Source: an uncultured Chloroflexia bacterium (lineage in GTDB: Bacteria; Chloroflexota; Limnocylindria; QHBO01). From it: a DNA stretch of 64,000 nucleotides. This document shows positions 27,225-36,358 of this stretch, one piece after another. How positions within the stretch are numbered: position 1 is the first letter of the stretch; every line of letters starts with the position of its first letter. The notes beneath the pieces are model-generated. The model was not told the DNA's origin. It saw only the letters and a program-made list of their open reading frames with translations, and ran no database searches. The position numbers and the translations under genes were made by a program. The stretch is from contig CAWIPT010000005.1 of the NCBI GenBank assembly GCA_963838125.1, positions 12,164 through 76,163 on the forward strand. Reading direction: 5' to 3'.

Positions 27225-30200
27225 CTAGGGCGCCGGGTTGAAGCTCACCCCGAGCTGCGCCATCCGGATCTTCGGGCCCGTGTTCCAAGTCATGGCCACC
27301 GAGGCGGTCCCGGCCTCCGACGAGCCGGCGCCCCGGAGGTTGTTCACTCCTTTGGTGGTGTTCGTGTCCCAGCGCTCGGTCTGGCCCGCGCCGGCGGCGT
27401 AGTTGGTCGTGCTGTTCTGGCCGTAGAGGACATCGAGCACGAGGCCACCGCTGACCGAGGGCACGGTGACCTCAATGGTGGTGGCGTTGAGCGCGGTCCC
27501 GACCGGGGTCCCGATGGTCGCCACTCCGGCCAGGGCGTGGACGCCCATGATCCGCTTCACGCTGCCGCTCAACGTGTGGGCCACGGCCGATCCCGGCTGG
27601 CCAGGGGTCGGGTTGAGGAGAGCCCAGATCTCGACCGCGCCGGGGGCGCCGGAAGCCACCTGGCGGCCGACGAAGGTCAGCGCCTGGTCGGCGCCGGGGT
27701 TGGCCGGATCGGGCTTCCAGGTGACCGAGGTCATCGTGACCGAGGTTGAGTTCATGCTGACCATCGCCACCAGCGCGTTGCTGCCCGGCGGCAGGCTGAA
27801 CGCGAGCGAGCCGCTGGCCGAGGTCGCGTTGGCAAAGGTGCTGACCGTGCCCCCGGTGCGGGTCACGGTCGGCGGTGGCGCGGTCGGGGTCGCCGAGCAG
27901 CTCATTGGACAGCGGGCCGGGGCCAACCCCGTTCACCGCACGGACCTGGTAGTAGTAGGTCGTGCCGTTGACCACGTTGGTGGTGTCGGTGTAGGTCGTG
28001 CCCAGCCCGACCGGGGCGACGTGGAACGCCTCACCGCCGGCGGTGGTCGCGCGCCACACCTCGTAGCCGGTCAGCGGGTCGCCGCCGTCGGCGGGCACTG
28101 TCCAGCTGAGGGCCACGTTCCCGTTGCCGGCGGTGGCGCTGGTCAGGGTCGGGGCCGCCGGCGGGGTGGGAACCGGTGGCGCGGTCGGGGTCGCCGACAG
28201 CTCATTGGACAGCGGGCCGGGGCCAACCCCGTTCACCGCACGGACCTGGTAGTAGTAGGTCGTGCCGTTGACCACGTTGGTGGTGTCGGTGTAGGTCGTG
28301 CCCAGCCCGACCGGGGCGACGTGGAACGCCTCACCGCCGGCGGTCGTGCTGCGCCACACCTCGTAGCCGGTCAGCGGGTCGCCGCCGTCGGCGGGCACTG
28401 TCCAGCTGAGGGCCACGTTCCCGTTGCCGGCGGTGGCGCTGGTCAGGGTCGGGGCCGCCGGCGGGGTGGGAACCGGTGGCGCGGTCGGGGTCGCCGACAG
28501 CTCATTGGACAGCGGGCCGGGGCCAACCCCGTTCACCGCACGGACCTGGTAGTAGTAGGTCGTGCCGTTGACCACGTTGGTGGTGTCGGTGTAGGTCGTG
28601 CCCAGCCCGACCGGGGCGACGTGGAACGCCTCACCGCCGGCGGTCGTGCTGCGCCACACCTCGTAGCCGGTCAGCGGGTCGCCGCCGTCGGCGGGCACTG
28701 TCCAGCTGAGGGCCACGTTCCCGTTGCCGGCGGTGGCGCTGGTCAGGGTCGGGGCCGCCGGCGGGGTGGAAGTGGGGGGATTGGGATCGAAGCCCACCGC
28801 CAGGAGAGCCATGTTCGCCTGTGAGCCCGCGGTCCAGGTCATCGCCACCGAGGCGGCCCCGTTCTCCTGCGAGCCGGCGCCACGGAGGTTGCCCAGGCCG
28901 CCGGTGGTGTTCGTGTCCCAGCGCTCGGTCTGGCCCGCGCCGGCGGTGTAGCTGGTCGTGCTGTTCTGGCCGTAGAGGACGTCGAGCACCATGCCACCGC
29001 TGACCGAGGGCACGGTGACCCCGATGGTGGTGGCGTTGGCCCCGTCCCCGACCGGCGCTCCGATGGTCGCCACGCCGGCCAGGGCATGGACGCCCATGAT
29101 CCGCTTCACGCTGCCGTTCAACGTGTGGGTCAGCGCCGATCCCGGCTGGCCGGGGGTCGGGTTGAGGAGAGCCCAGATCTCGACCGCGCCGGCAGAGGGC
29201 GCCACCTGGCGGCCGACGAAGGTCAGCGCCTGGTCGGCGCCGGGGTTGGCCGGATCGGGCTTCCAGGTCACGCCGGTGAGGGTGACCGTGGTGTGGCTCA
29301 CGCTGACCATCGCCACCAGCGCGTTGCTGCCCGGCGGCAGGCTGAACGCGAGCGAGCCGCTGGCGGAGGTCGCCGAGCCGAAGGTGCTGACCGTGCCCCC
29401 GGTGCGGGTCACGGTCGGCGGTGGCGCGGTCGGGGTCGCCGAGCGCTCATTGGACAGCGGGCCGGGGCCAACCCCGTTCACCGCACGGACCTGGTAGTAG
29501 TAGGTCGTGCCGTTGACCACGTTGGTGGTGTCGGTGTAGGTCGTGCCCAGCCCGACCGGGGCGACGTGGAACGCCTCACCGCCGGCGGTCGTGCTGCGCC
29601 ACACCTCGTAGCCGGTCAGCGGGTCGCCGCCGTCGGCGGGCACTGTCCAGCTGAGGGCCACGTTCCCGTTGCCGGCGGTGGCGCTGGTCAGGGTCGGGGC
29701 CGCCGGCGGGGTGGGAACCGGTGGCGCGGTCGGGGTCGCCGACAGCTCATTGGACAGCGGGCCGGGGCCAACCCCGTTCACCGCACGGACCTGGTAGTAG
29801 TAGGTCGTGCCGTTGACCACGTTGGTGGTGTCGGTGTAGGTCGTGCCCAGCCCGACCGGGGCGACGTGGAACGCCTCACCGCCGGCGGTCGTGCTGCGCC
29901 ACACCTCGTAGCCGGTCAGCGGGTCGCCGCCGTCGGCGGGCACTGTCCAGCTGAGGGCCACGTTCCCGTTGCCGGCGGTGGCGCTGGTCAGGGTCGGGGC
30001 CGCCGGCGGGGTGGGAACCGGTGGGCTACCGCCGGCGGCCACCGCGGCGCCAAGGGCGTTCACCATCGGCTCCGGCGTCCCGTCGGGATCATCGGCCCAG
30101 GTTCCCTGCCCGGCGCAGGCGCCGTCCGCGCCGGCGAACGAGCCATCGGGGCACTCGCCCGACTGCTGCAGGAACGCACGGGCGGCGGACGGGGTGAGGC

Positions 30201-31437
30201 CCGGGTTGACGGCTGCCATGAGCGCCACCACGCCGCTGACGTGCGGGGTGGCCATGCTCGTGCCGCTCTGGGTCGCGTAGCCAGCGTTCTTGGTCGTCGA
30301 GAAGATGCTGACGCCGGGGGCGATGACGTCGACCGACGTCCCGTAGTTGCTGAAGAACGCGAACGTGTCGTCGCAGTCGAACCAGCCGAGGTCGGGAACC
30401 AGTCCGCAGCCGGCCAGACCGCCGCGAACAGCATCGAAATCGGCCAGGGCGGAGACGCTGATGACCTCGGGGAAGGCGGCCGGCACGAAGGTCCCGGCGT
30501 TCACCGCCGAGTTGCCGGCGCCCGCGACCATGGTGATGCCAGCCGCGTAGGCGTTGCACACCGCCTGGTGCATCGCATCTGCCACGCAGTCGCCCCAGCT
30601 GCGGTCCTCGCCAAAGCTCATGCTCATGACGTCGACGTCGTTGGCGGGGTTGCCGTCGCCGTTCAGGGACAGGACGTGGTTGAACCCGCACAGGACGAGG
30701 GCCTCGCTCGAGTTCCCCGCGTCATCGAAGATCTTGACCGGCACCAGGCGGGACTCGGGCGCGACGCCCACCACCCCGACCCCGTTCAGCGGGGCCATGG
30801 CGGTCCCCGCCACGTGCGTCCCGTGCCCGTATCCATCTTCGGGCGGGAGCGCGGGATTCACGCAGTTCTTGCCGCTGGCCGCGTCGATGGACGCGACGAG
30901 GTCGGGATGGTCCATATCGACGCCGGTGTCGAGAACCGCGATCCGGGCGCCGTTCCCCCGGTATCCCTGGTGATACGCGCTGTTCGCCGGCGTGTCGTTG
31001 TCGAAGGCCCACATGCGCTCGATGCCGTTCGGCAGCGACTCCACGAGCTGGATGGCCCGGTCCGGTGTGACCGATTCCACGCGCGGGTGGCGGGCAAGCG
31101 CCTGGGCCGCTGCCTGCGATCCCCGGAACTGGAACCCGTTGGCCGCGGCCTGGAAGACGAGCCCGACCTGACCGCCGGCCAGTCGGGCGAGGCCGGGGGC
31201 CTCAGCCGCGGGGCTGGCCCACGGGCGCAGCTGGACGATCCACGAGTCCCGGGTCAGCGAATGCTGGGTCAGGCTGTTCGGCGCGAGGACTGGCGCCGCC
31301 GGGCCGCCGCGGCCGGCGACCGGGCCGGCCAGCAGCGGAACCAGCAGGAAACCGATGGCCATGACGCCAGCGATGCGGGGATGGGCGACCCGCAGGGGGC
31401 GATGACCAGGGACGCGGACCCGAGGATGATTTCGCAA
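27225..31437 (-). CDS. Secreted S8 (subtilisin-like) serine peptidase with 5 FN3 repeats and two copies of an unassigned ~215-aa domain; one extra base at 27897 splits it as sequenced
   Basis: Signal-like N-terminus, I9-like propeptide, and catalytic triad context VLDTGVDMDHPDL / GHGTHVAGT / SGTSMATPHVSG. Then 2x FN3, domain X, 3x FN3, domain X'. ORF 27472..31437 and ORF 27225..27926 join as PLSNEL|SATPTAPPPTVTRTGG when GAGCAG at 27895-27900 is read as GACAG, as in the other repeat copies. Confidence 0.85.
27898..28769. repeat. Tandem 300-bp coding repeat (about 2.9 copies; FN3 modules 3-5)
   Basis: Copies start at about 27901, 28201 and 28501 (CTCATTGGACAGCGGGCCGGGGCC...). They are essentially identical at nucleotide level apart from a few bases around 28046-28056. 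Confidence 0.9.
29446..30024. repeat. Tandem 300-bp coding repeat (about 1.9 copies; FN3 modules 1-2), same unit as 27898-28769
   Basis: Copies start at 29446 and 29746 and are near-identical to the 27.9-28.8 kb copies. Confidence 0.9.
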
Positions 31438-31574
31438 TGAAGATACCGAGTGGGTTTTCCCTGTCGGCGGGGATTGTCCGCCCCCATTCCCCGAATGGGA
31501 AGACCCTCGGTGCTGCCCGGCAACGCCAAGCCGTCCAAGAGGGATGGGACCTTCGGGCGCGATCGGGGCTGCCC

Positions 31575-32747
31575 TCAGGCCGGTTCGGGCGCCTCGGAAC
31601 CAGGTTGCGGCCCATCCGAACCGGGGACGAGCCGCACGGCCACGGTCGAGACCGCGATGCTGATGGCGACCGCGGCCAGGATCGCGGTGTACAACACGGC
31701 GTCGATCACGTTCGCCGCCAGCCCGACCGACGCGAGCACGAACGAGAACTCGCCGATCTGGGCCAGACCCACGGACAGCTGCAGCGGGTTCGCATCCAGC
31801 CGAGCGACGCGCGCCAGGACGTAGGTCACCGCCGCCTTGGCCACGACCAGCAGGAGCAGGATCAGCGCCAGCCAGGGAAGGGCCTCGGGGAACAGGGCCG
31901 GGTTGATCAGCGTGCCGATGGAAACGAAGAACAGGATGGCGAACAGGTCACGGAAGGGAAGGATCCGACGGCGCGCCTCGGCCGACTCGTGGCTCTCGCT
32001 GATCGCCAGGCCGGCGATGAACGCCGCGAGGGCCATCGGGATCTGGAACGCGAATCCACCGAGGCCCGCCAGCGCCAGCCCGGTCCCGATGGTGACCACC
32101 AGGAACAGGTCCTTGTCCTCGTGGACGGCGCGGAGCACGGGCGGGAGCATGCGGGCCGCGACCCAGGCAATCGCGACGAACGCCGCGAGACCCAGCAGCG
32201 AGATGTACCACGGCCGATCGCCGGCGCTGATGGCGGCCAGCAGGAAGCCGAACAGCACCACCCCGGAGATGTCCTGCATGATCGCCCACCCCTTGAGCGC
32301 CTTCTCGGTGGGTTGGCTGGTCCGACGCCGTTTGCTGCGGATGATGTTCAGCACGACCACGCTGGACGAGAACGCCACCCCCAGGCCCAGGACCGCGCCC
32401 GCCAACGGACCGATGCCCGTCGCCAGGCCAACCGCCACCCCGGCCACGGTCGTGATCACCATCTGGAGCGGGGCTGCCCACACGAGACCGCGCTGCTCGC
32501 CGCGGAAATGGAACAGGTCCATCTCGATGCCCACCTCGAACAGGAGCAGGACAACACCGATGTCCGCCAGCAGGTGGAGCTGATCGGGGTCCGCGACCCA
32601 GCCCGGCGTGAACGGGGAAACGGCCAGCCCGACAGCGAGGTAGCCGACGACCGCCGGCAGGTGGACTCGTCGCGCGAGCCAGCCGGCGACAGCCGCCAGG
32701 AGGAGAAGCGCCCCGATCTCGAGGATCGTGTACGCAGTGATCTCCAC
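31575..32747 (-). CDS. Cation:proton antiporter (CPA2 / Kef-type membrane domain)
   Basis: 390 aa, about 11-12 TM segments. Has the LPAVVGYLAVGLAVSP and LLLFEVGIEMD motifs of Na+/H+-K+/H+ exchangers. No C-terminal RCK domain. Confidence 0.8.
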   Translation of the reverse strand: MEITAYTILEIGALLLLAAVAGWLARRVHLPAVVGYLAVGLAVSPFTPGWVADPDQLHLLADIGVVLLLFEVGIEMDLFHFRGEQRGLVWAAPLQMVITTVAGVAVGLATGIGPLAGAVLGLGVAFSSSVVVLNIIRSKRRRTSQPTEKALKGWAIMQDISGVVLFGFLLAAISAGDRPWYISLLGLAAFVAIAWVAARMLPPVLRAVHEDKDLFLVVTIGTGLALAGLGGFAFQIPMALAAFIAGLAISESHESAEARRRILPFRDLFAILFFVSIGTLINPALFPEALPWLALILLLLVVAKAAVTYVLARVARLDANPLQLSVGLAQIGEFSFVLASVGLAANVIDAVLYTAILAAVAISIAVSTVAVRLVPGSDGPQPGSEAPEPA

Positions 32748-32761
32748 GGCGGCTGCGGCCG

Positions 32762-33424
32762 CTAGTGCTTGCGGGCCAGTGTCAGCCCATCGGCGATGGG
32801 CACCATCGCCAGGCTCACCCGCGCGTCTTCGGCGAGCGCCTGGTTCATGCTCCGGATGGCTCGGACCGAGGTGTTGTCGATCTCCGGATCCGCCACGTCC
32901 CCACCCCAGAACACGTTGTCGATGGCCAGCAGGCCGCCCGGACGGAGGAGGGCGATCAGGCGGTCGCTGTATTCGGGGTAGTAGTCCTTGTCGGCGTCCA
33001 GGAAGGCGAAGTCAAAGCTCCCGGCCTGGCCGGCGGTGAGCATGGCGTCCAGGCTGTCCAGGGCGGGGCCCAGCACCAGCTCGATCTTGTCGGCCACCCC
33101 CGCGCGCTCCCAGTAGCGGCGGGCGACATCGGTCCATTCGCGGCTGATGTCACAGCACACCATGGTCCCGTCCGGTGGCAGCGCCAGCGCCACCCGGGTC
33201 GAGGAGTAGCCGGTGAAGGTCCCGACCTCCAGGCAGCGCTTCGCCCCCATCAGCTCGACGAGGAGCGCCATGAAGGCACCCTGCTCGGGCGCGATCTGCA
33301 TGTCGTGCTCGGGCATGGCGGCCGTCTCCTCGCGGAGCTCGCGGAGGAGCTCGGGCTCACGAGCGCCCACCTCCAGCAGGTACCGATGGAGTTCCTCGGG
33401 CAGACCGAGCGTGGCGTTCGACAT
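32762..33424 (-). CDS. Class I SAM-dependent O-methyltransferase (caffeoyl-CoA OMT-like, Methyltransf_3)
   Basis: LEVGTFTGYS (SAM motif I), FDFAFLDADK and LLRPGGLLAIDNVFWGG are diagnostic of the cation-dependent OMT family. Confidence 0.8.
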   Translation of the reverse strand: MSNATLGLPEELHRYLLEVGAREPELLRELREETAAMPEHDMQIAPEQGAFMALLVELMGAKRCLEVGTFTGYSSTRVALALPPDGTMVCCDISREWTDVARRYWERAGVADKIELVLGPALDSLDAMLTAGQAGSFDFAFLDADKDYYPEYSDRLIALLRPGGLLAIDNVFWGGDVADPEIDNTSVRAIRSMNQALAEDARVSLAMVPIADGLTLARKH

Positions 33425-33434
33425 CTGATCGGCC

Positions 33435-34634
33435 TCAGATCGCCGACGAGTCGGGCGGTGGCTCGGTCGGCGGTGTCGCCGCGGCGGGCGCAGCCGGCGC
33501 CGCGGCCGTCACTGCCGCTGGCTTCTGCCGCTGCCACCAGTCGGCGAGTGCGATGGTCATGGCCCCAAGCCCCAGGCAGATGACGACCAGCTTCGCGATG
33601 CCACCGATGACCGGCAGCGAGGTGACCAGCACCACGACGAACGCGCCACCGATGATCAGGGCGAGCTCCTGCCAGCGGTTCTGTGCCCAGTCCCGGGTCG
33701 CCAGCCGGGCGAGGGCCATGCCCACCACGAAGTCGACGATGAACCAGGCCGAAACGACCAGCACGAAGGTCGAGACCATGAGGTCGATGATCCCCAGCCA
33801 GATCGCGATCCCGCTCAACGCGTCGAGCGCAACCGCGGAGAAGGCGATGGCGACCAGGATCATCAGCAGGATGACCGCGATGACCTGGATGAGGAAGCCG
33901 ACGATGACGCCCAGGCCGATGCCGGCGGAGGCCAGCGGACGTCGGCGCAGGGCGCTCTCGGAGGCACGCACCGCGCCCGGAATGAGGAGCAGGGCCAGGG
34001 CGCCGAGGAGCACCACGGTCACGAGCTGAACCAGTCCTTCGCCGGCGATCCGGATGGGCTCAGGCGCCTCCGGCTCCGGCTCCGTCGGCGCGCCACCCGC
34101 GTCCAGGGTCACCTCCTCGGTGCCGCCCACGGTTCCCGTTCGCTCGTAGGTCGACGCGCTCCCCTTGATGTTGCCGGCAACGTCGCCAGCGATCACCACG
34201 GTGCCGGCCCCAAAGATGAGATCCTCCCCCACTTCGCCGCCCTCGCTCACGCGGAGCATGCCGGCACCCGCGAGCAGGTCCTCGCCGACCGTCCCGCTGA
34301 CCGTGATCTCGCCGGCGCCGATCCGGACGTCACCGGTGACTTCGCCCGCGATGACGACACGACCGGATCCGGCGACCAGGTCGCCGTCCACGGTCCCGTT
34401 GATCGTCACGGTTCCGGCGCCGACAACGAGGTCGCCCTCCACCGTCCCGTCCACGATGACGTCACCCCCGAACGCGTACAGGTCGTGGCTGACGGTGGCG
34501 CCTGCGTCAACCGAGATGCGATCGCCGGTGAGGAGCTTGTCGTCCGCGCCCCCGCCAGCAGCGACCACGCCGATGCCCAGCAGCAGGGCGGATGCGAGGC
34601 CGATGATGAGGATCCAGAGACGGCGCGAAGACAT
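33435..34634 (-). CDS. Membrane protein with bactofilin-like beta-helical repeat domain (polymer-forming cytoskeletal-type repeats) and polytopic C-terminal domain
   Basis: Start chosen at MSSRRLWILIIG (signal/anchor). About 150 aa of G-[DE]-[LV]-x-x-G-A-G repeats (DGTVEGDLVVGAGTVTINGTVDGDLVAGSG...), then 4-5 TM helices and a Pro/Ala tail. Confidence 0.55.
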   Translation of the reverse strand: MSSRRLWILIIGLASALLLGIGVVAAGGGADDKLLTGDRISVDAGATVSHDLYAFGGDVIVDGTVEGDLVVGAGTVTINGTVDGDLVAGSGRVVIAGEVTGDVRIGAGEITVSGTVGEDLLAGAGMLRVSEGGEVGEDLIFGAGTVVIAGDVAGNIKGSASTYERTGTVGGTEEVTLDAGGAPTEPEPEAPEPIRIAGEGLVQLVTVVLLGALALLLIPGAVRASESALRRRPLASAGIGLGVIVGFLIQVIAVILLMILVAIAFSAVALDALSGIAIWLGIIDLMVSTFVLVVSAWFIVDFVVGMALARLATRDWAQNRWQELALIIGGAFVVVLVTSLPVIGGIAKLVVICLGLGAMTIALADWWQRQKPAAVTAAAPAAPAAATPPTEPPPDSSAI

Positions 34635-34645
34635 GACGGCTCCTC

Positions 34646-35179
34646 TCAGGCGGGTGGTCGGTTCAGGACGCCGAGGTTGACCCGCCACGGGCCGACTTCA
34701 TCGGCATAGCGGAAGGCCATGGCTTCCTGCGCCTGGCGCAGGTGATTGAGGTCGTGGACGGCCCAGGCGGAGAGCAGCTGGCGCATGGTGACCTCGCCCA
34801 GGGTGGGATGGAGGCCGCGGCGGTCGAGTGCCGTCCCATCGGTCAGCAGTGGCATGACCGCATCCAGGTTGCGGCGGCGCAAATCGGTGAAATGCTCCAA
34901 CACCTGGTCGAGCGACTGACCCGCGTAGCGTGCGGACTGGTCGCCGTGATCGACCGGGGGAAACGCCTCGCTCGGGCCGACCTCCGAGATCATCCTGGCC
35001 CGCACCAGCCAGTCCTCCTCCTCGATGTACGCGAGGTGGCAGACGACCTGGTACGCGCTCCAGTTGTCGGCGTCGGGTCGGGACTCGGTCCAGGCGGTGG
35101 GCATCCCGGCCAGCTGCTCGCGCAGGGTCGCCGGCGTGCGCTCGAGGAGCGCGAACGTGTCATCCAGCTCGAAGGTCAC
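34646..35179 (-). CDS. DinB-family protein
   Basis: 177 aa. WSAYQVVCHLAYIEE and AVHDLNHLRQ histidine pattern of the DinB_2 four-helix bundle. Confidence 0.7.
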   Translation of the reverse strand: MTFELDDTFALLERTPATLREQLAGMPTAWTESRPDADNWSAYQVVCHLAYIEEEDWLVRARMISEVGPSEAFPPVDHGDQSARYAGQSLDQVLEHFTDLRRRNLDAVMPLLTDGTALDRRGLHPTLGEVTMRQLLSAWAVHDLNHLRQAQEAMAFRYADEVGPWRVNLGVLNRPPA

Positions 35180-35215
35180 GACACCTCGATCGTACCCGAC
35201 TACCCTTGGCCGGGC

Positions 35216-35902
35216 ATGGATGTCTACCTGGAGACAGGGCCGAAGAAGACCTTCGCGTGCGCGCTCGAGTGGCCGGGGTTCTGCCGCAGCGGAAGGACCG
35301 ATGCGGACGCGCTGGCCGCGCTGGTGACCTATGGAGACCGATATGCAGCAGCGGTCGGACCCGGGGCGGGATTCGAGCCTCCGGCCTCGGTCGAGGAACT
35401 CACCGTCGTCGAGCGGCTGAAGGGCGGGACCGGGACGGATTTCGGGATCCCATCGGCAGCGGCGAAGGCCGATGCTCGGCCGGTGGACACATCCGAGCTG
35501 TCGCGCCTTCGCTCACTGATGACCGCGGCGTGGGACGCCTTCGACACGGCCGCGAAGCGCGCGGCGGGCCACGAGCTCAAGGCGGGGCCGCGTGGCGGGG
35601 GGCGCGACCGGGACAAGATCGTGCGCCACGTTCTCGAGGCGGAGGAGGCATACGTCATCGGGATCGGCCGCCCGTCGGGTGAGGTGCGCGAGGCCGGACG
35701 CCGCAGTGGCGATCGGATGGCTGCGGTTCGGGCGCTTGCCCTGGAGACCATGGCCGACCGGGCACAGGGCGTGCCACTCCCCGAGAACCCACGCCGGAAA
35801 GCCAGGATCTGGTCGGTCCGCTACTTCGCGCGCCGGTCGGCATGGCATGCCCTCGACCACGCCTGGGAGATCGAGGACCGGGCGGAGCCGCGTCTGACCT
35901 AG
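35216..35902 (+). CDS. Conserved hypothetical protein (DinB-superfamily-like C-terminus)
   Basis: 228 aa from ATG 35216 (MDVYLETGPKKTF...). C-terminal YFARRSAWHALDHAWEIEDR resembles the DinB-like metal-binding helix. The 5' part of ORF 34742..35902 is antisense to the DinB gene. Confidence 0.5.
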   Translation: MDVYLETGPKKTFACALEWPGFCRSGRTDADALAALVTYGDRYAAAVGPGAGFEPPASVEELTVVERLKGGTGTDFGIPSAAAKADARPVDTSELSRLRSLMTAAWDAFDTAAKRAAGHELKAGPRGGGRDRDKIVRHVLEAEEAYVIGIGRPSGEVREAGRRSGDRMAAVRALALETMADRAQGVPLPENPRRKARIWSVRYFARRSAWHALDHAWEIEDRAEPRLT

Positions 35903-36288
35903 GCCGTCATGTGGCGGTGGACGACGAGGTATCGGTCGCAGCGCATCAGGCGGAGGATGGGACGCTCGAGGGCGGCGAAGAGCGGCAGCCCCACATCAGC
36001 GCCCACGATCCTCGGTTCGGTGACCTGGTAGGTCCGCCCGTTCCATCGCACCGAGCAACCGCCGGCCGCGACGATGTTCAGAGGCCACTGGGTTCCCCGC
36101 CCGAAGGGAATCGGGAAGACGAAACCAGTCGGCGTTCGATGGGTGGCGAGCGGTAGGCGGTAGCGTTTCCCGGACCTGCGTCCTGGGTACTCGACCATGG
36201 CCCAGATGGTCAGGAACCGCCGGCCGGCCACGATCCGGCCGAGGGGCGCGCTCAGCCGAGCGACGACGCGAATGAATCGGGCAAACAC
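35899..36288 (-). CDS. Split-beta-barrel protein, DUF385 / deazaflavin-dependent oxidoreductase-like
   Basis: YPGRRSGKRYRLPLATH..GFVFPIPFGRGTQW..NIVAAGGCSVRWNG. GTG start proposed at 36288. The longer ORF to 36522 overlaps the neighbouring gene's start. Confidence 0.45.
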   Translation of the reverse strand: MFARFIRVVARLSAPLGRIVAGRRFLTIWAMVEYPGRRSGKRYRLPLATHRTPTGFVFPIPFGRGTQWPLNIVAAGGCSVRWNGRTYQVTEPRIVGADVGLPLFAALERPILRLMRCDRYLVVHRHMTA

Positions 36289-36358
36289 CAGCCCGAGGGT
36301 AGCGGCTAGTCGACCTGGACGCCGACGACGCTCATCCGGCGATGCTACCGTCCGCGGG

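Noticed and set aside
27472-27926. Treating ORF 27225..27926 as an independent gene starting at ATG 27926
   Set aside because: Its first residues (..SATPTAPPPTVTRTGG) duplicate the linker that follows FN3 repeats elsewhere in the same protein. A single extra base at 27897, relative to four sister repeat copies, explains the break.
27898-30024. Regularly spaced 300-bp repeats considered as a possible CRISPR-like or satellite array
   Set aside because: The repeats are contiguous, in frame, and encode FN3 modules of one protein. There are no spacers and no cas genes.
29086-31440. 784-aa plus-strand ORF, plus ORF 27466..28824 with internally repeated sequence
   Set aside because: These are antisense shadows of the S8/FN3 gene. 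Their repeats simply mirror the 300-bp coding repeats on the other strand.
31437-32765. 442-aa plus-strand ORF
   Set aside because: It is antisense to the cation/proton antiporter, whose TM pattern and family motifs are clear. The translation is charged and low-complexity.
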